This document shows positions 9,381 through 10,820 of a stretch of 10,820 bases of DNA, one piece after another; position 1 is the first letter of the stretch, and the number at the start of each line of letters is the position of its first letter. Below the pieces are notes generated by a model. That model was not told the DNA's origin. It saw nothing but the letters and a program-made list of their open reading frames with translations, and searched no databases. Where the stretch lies: NCBI RefSeq assembly GCF_000143415.4, contig NW_003314587.1, positions 1 to 10,820 on the forward strand, given 5' to 3'. The position numbers and the translations under genes were made by a program. This stretch comes from Selaginella moellendorffii. Its lineage: Eukaryota; Plantae; Lycopodiophyta.

Positions 9381-9815
9381 GAGTAAAAAGGTAGGCTATA
9401 AAAGAGATTTGATAAAATAAGGGCCAGTATTCTCAACCGAAACAAGAATAAATAGGTGTCTCGTGCTAGAGAGAAAGATGCGGCTGTGGCAGAAGGACTT
9501 GGCTATGGCGCACCAGAGGGATCTGGCCGGAAAGAAAAAACTGGTTAGGGCTCTTGTCGAGTCGTTGGAAGCCTATCTGGTGTCCAGATGCCAGACCAAC
9601 TTTCTCTTCGATTGGGGAGGACTGGGCAAGCTGGGCCGTCTCATCCAGCTTCTCTACTGTGGTCGTCTCTTTGACAGCCTTCAAGAGCGCGAACTCTACG
9701 TCCGGCTGGATCCCACAAACGGTGTCACCGACGAGGATCTTCGCTACATCTCGTCGCTTTCTCTTCGGGTTTTACAATCCTCCCAGCTGGAGGAACTCGA
9801 AGTATCCCCAGCCAT
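9381..9815 (+). repeat. Right arm of the inverted duplication (partner 689-1128); 9816-9858 additionally matches 607-649 in direct orientation
   Basis: Visual alignment: TCCAATCCTAGACCGGATCATGG(A/G)CTCGG(G/C)CTACTTCC occurs on the + strand at both 607 and 9816. Confidence 0.95.
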
Positions 9816-9909
9816 TCCAATCCTAGACCGGATCATGGACTCGGGCTACTTCCGCTGCCAACCGGTCATAGAGAGCGTATACCTCAACACTCCCTCTCGA
9901 TCTCGATGA
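9478..9909 (+). pseudogene. 3'-truncated paralog (copy R) of the unknown gene; 143-aa open frame matching only the first exon
   Basis: ATG at 9478 (MRLWQKDLAMAHQRDLAGKKKLVRAL...). Many differences from copy L are synonymous in this frame (GGA/GGT, CTG/TTG, AGG/AGA, CTG/CTA, AGA/AGG, GGA/GGC). Similarity to copy L ends by ~9860-9901 and no downstream exons are seen. Confidence 0.6.
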
Positions 9910-9974
9910 CATGAATCTGAGATCACTCTCCCTCTGCATCCAAGCACTCTGTCGTATCCACGACAGAAATCTGT

Positions 9975-10610
9975 CTCTGCTCAGTGCCTCCTCTCAGCGC
10001 CTCTACCAGTGCATTCTCACACCAGCGCCTCACTCAGCGCTCGAGTGGAGTCTCTGCTCGGCCAGCCCTCGGGGCCTCGTGCCTCTACGCCCAGCACTCA
10101 CCTCTAGTGAGTCTCTGCGGGGCCTCGCACGCCCTAGCGCCTCGTTCACGGCCTCTGATCGCAGTCTCTCCTCTCTCAGCGCCTCTGCCAGTGCCTCTCT
10201 GCTCGTGCCTGTGCTCGGTGCCTCACGCCAGCCCTCTCTCAGCGCCTGTGCCAGCGCCTCAGCGCCTTGCTCAGCGCCCTAGTGCAGTCTCTCCGCCTCT
10301 CGGCACCTTGCTCAGCGCCCTAGTGCAGTCTCTCCGCCTCTCTGCTTGCCTCTGGACCTGCTCAGTGCCTCCTCTCAGCGCCTCTGCCAGCACCTTCTCA
10401 CAGCAGCGCCTCACTCAGCGCTCCAGTGGAGTCTCTGCTCGGTGCCTCCTCTCAGCGCCTCTGCCAGCGCCTTCGGCTGCTCTCCAGCGCCTCACTCAGC
10501 ACTCCAGTACCACTCGGTGCCTCAAGCCAGCCCTCTCTCAGCACCTCTGCCAGCGCCTCCGGGCCAGTCTCTGCTCGATCACACCCTAGCGCCTTGCTCA
10601 GCTTGCTAGT
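9975..10610. repeat. GC-rich nested imperfect tandem-repeat array (core CTCAGCGCCTCTGCCAGCGCC)
   Basis: An ~84-bp block at 9978-10061 recurs at 10359-10442; related unit starts at ~10212, 10436 and 10512 (~77-bp period); 41-bp-period duplication at 10265-10301 / 10306-10342. Confidence 0.92.
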
Positions 10611-10742
10611 GCCGTTACCTTGGCACTCAATGCAGCACAGTGCCAAATCTTGGCACCTCTCAGCCACGTCTGGTGGCTCATCGTCATCCTCGCTGGCCTC
10701 CTCCTCGGCCAGCGCCATCGTCCCAGGATCTGAAGCCCTCAG

Positions 10743-10755
10743 GGCTCTGATACCA
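10743..10755 (-). other. Primer-binding site complementary to the 3' end of initiator tRNA-Met
   Basis: + strand GGCTCTGATACCA = - strand TGGTATCAGAGCC, the canonical PBS of many plant Copia elements and chromoviruses, abutting a CA dinucleotide. Confidence 0.88.
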
Positions 10756-10820
10756 TGAAGAGAAGAAGAGCGGAAGCTACGATGGTGGATGACTCTCAAG
10801 GATAGTTGTATATAATATCA
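10756..10820 (-). repeat. 3' (U5) end of the 5' LTR, continuing beyond the window
   Basis: Ends in CA adjacent to the PBS; a second LTR copy is not found in the window. Confidence 0.65.

Larger units (their letters stand above)
9890..10820 (-). mobile_element. LTR retrotransposon 5' portion, apparently non-autonomous or truncated; left boundary uncertain
   Basis: The minus strand reads ...TCTCTTCA|TGGTATCAGAGCC: LTR-terminal CA at 10757-10756 directly followed by a 13-nt tRNA-iMet primer-binding site. A PPT-like GAGAGGGAG|TGTTG lies at 9898-9885. No protease, RT or integrase motifs seen. Confidence 0.7.

Noticed and set aside
689-9815. Pack-MULE or foldback transposon interpretation
   Set aside because: No 8-10-bp TSD at the outer ends (CGCTGCATC vs TCCAATCCT). 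The apparent outer end is set by the micro-inversion, and the arms show coding-type substitutions.
9975-10610. CRISPR-like array
   Set aside because: Repeats are degenerate and nested without unique constant-length spacers; no cas genes; eukaryotic context.
9911-10758. + strand Ser/Ala/Leu-rich ORFs (123, 201, 87 and 110 aa)
   Set aside because: Expected from a stop-poor, C-rich tandem repeat; no protein-family features.

Overview
Eukaryotic land-plant genomic DNA. Very short introns (41-85 nt), tight gene packing and a PLS-class PPR gene suggest a compact genome such as the lycophyte Selaginella (inference). Left to right: (1) a spliced minus-strand gene of an unrecognised family (1038 to <1), disrupted by an 82-bp micro-inversion and carrying two compensating indels; (2) a PLS/E-class PPR gene with one frameshift; (3) about 3 kb of unassigned, partly AT-rich DNA; (4) a decayed receptor-like kinase remnant absent from the ORF track; (5) an intact 5-exon CYP72-clan cytochrome P450; (6) a second, oppositely oriented, 3'-truncated copy of the unknown gene; (7) the 5' end of a minus-strand LTR retroelement (LTR end ...CA plus tRNA-iMet PBS) whose internal region is GC-rich nested tandem repeats. 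The best candidate for something undescribed is the unknown gene family and its rearrangements. I see no CRISPR array or RNA gene.
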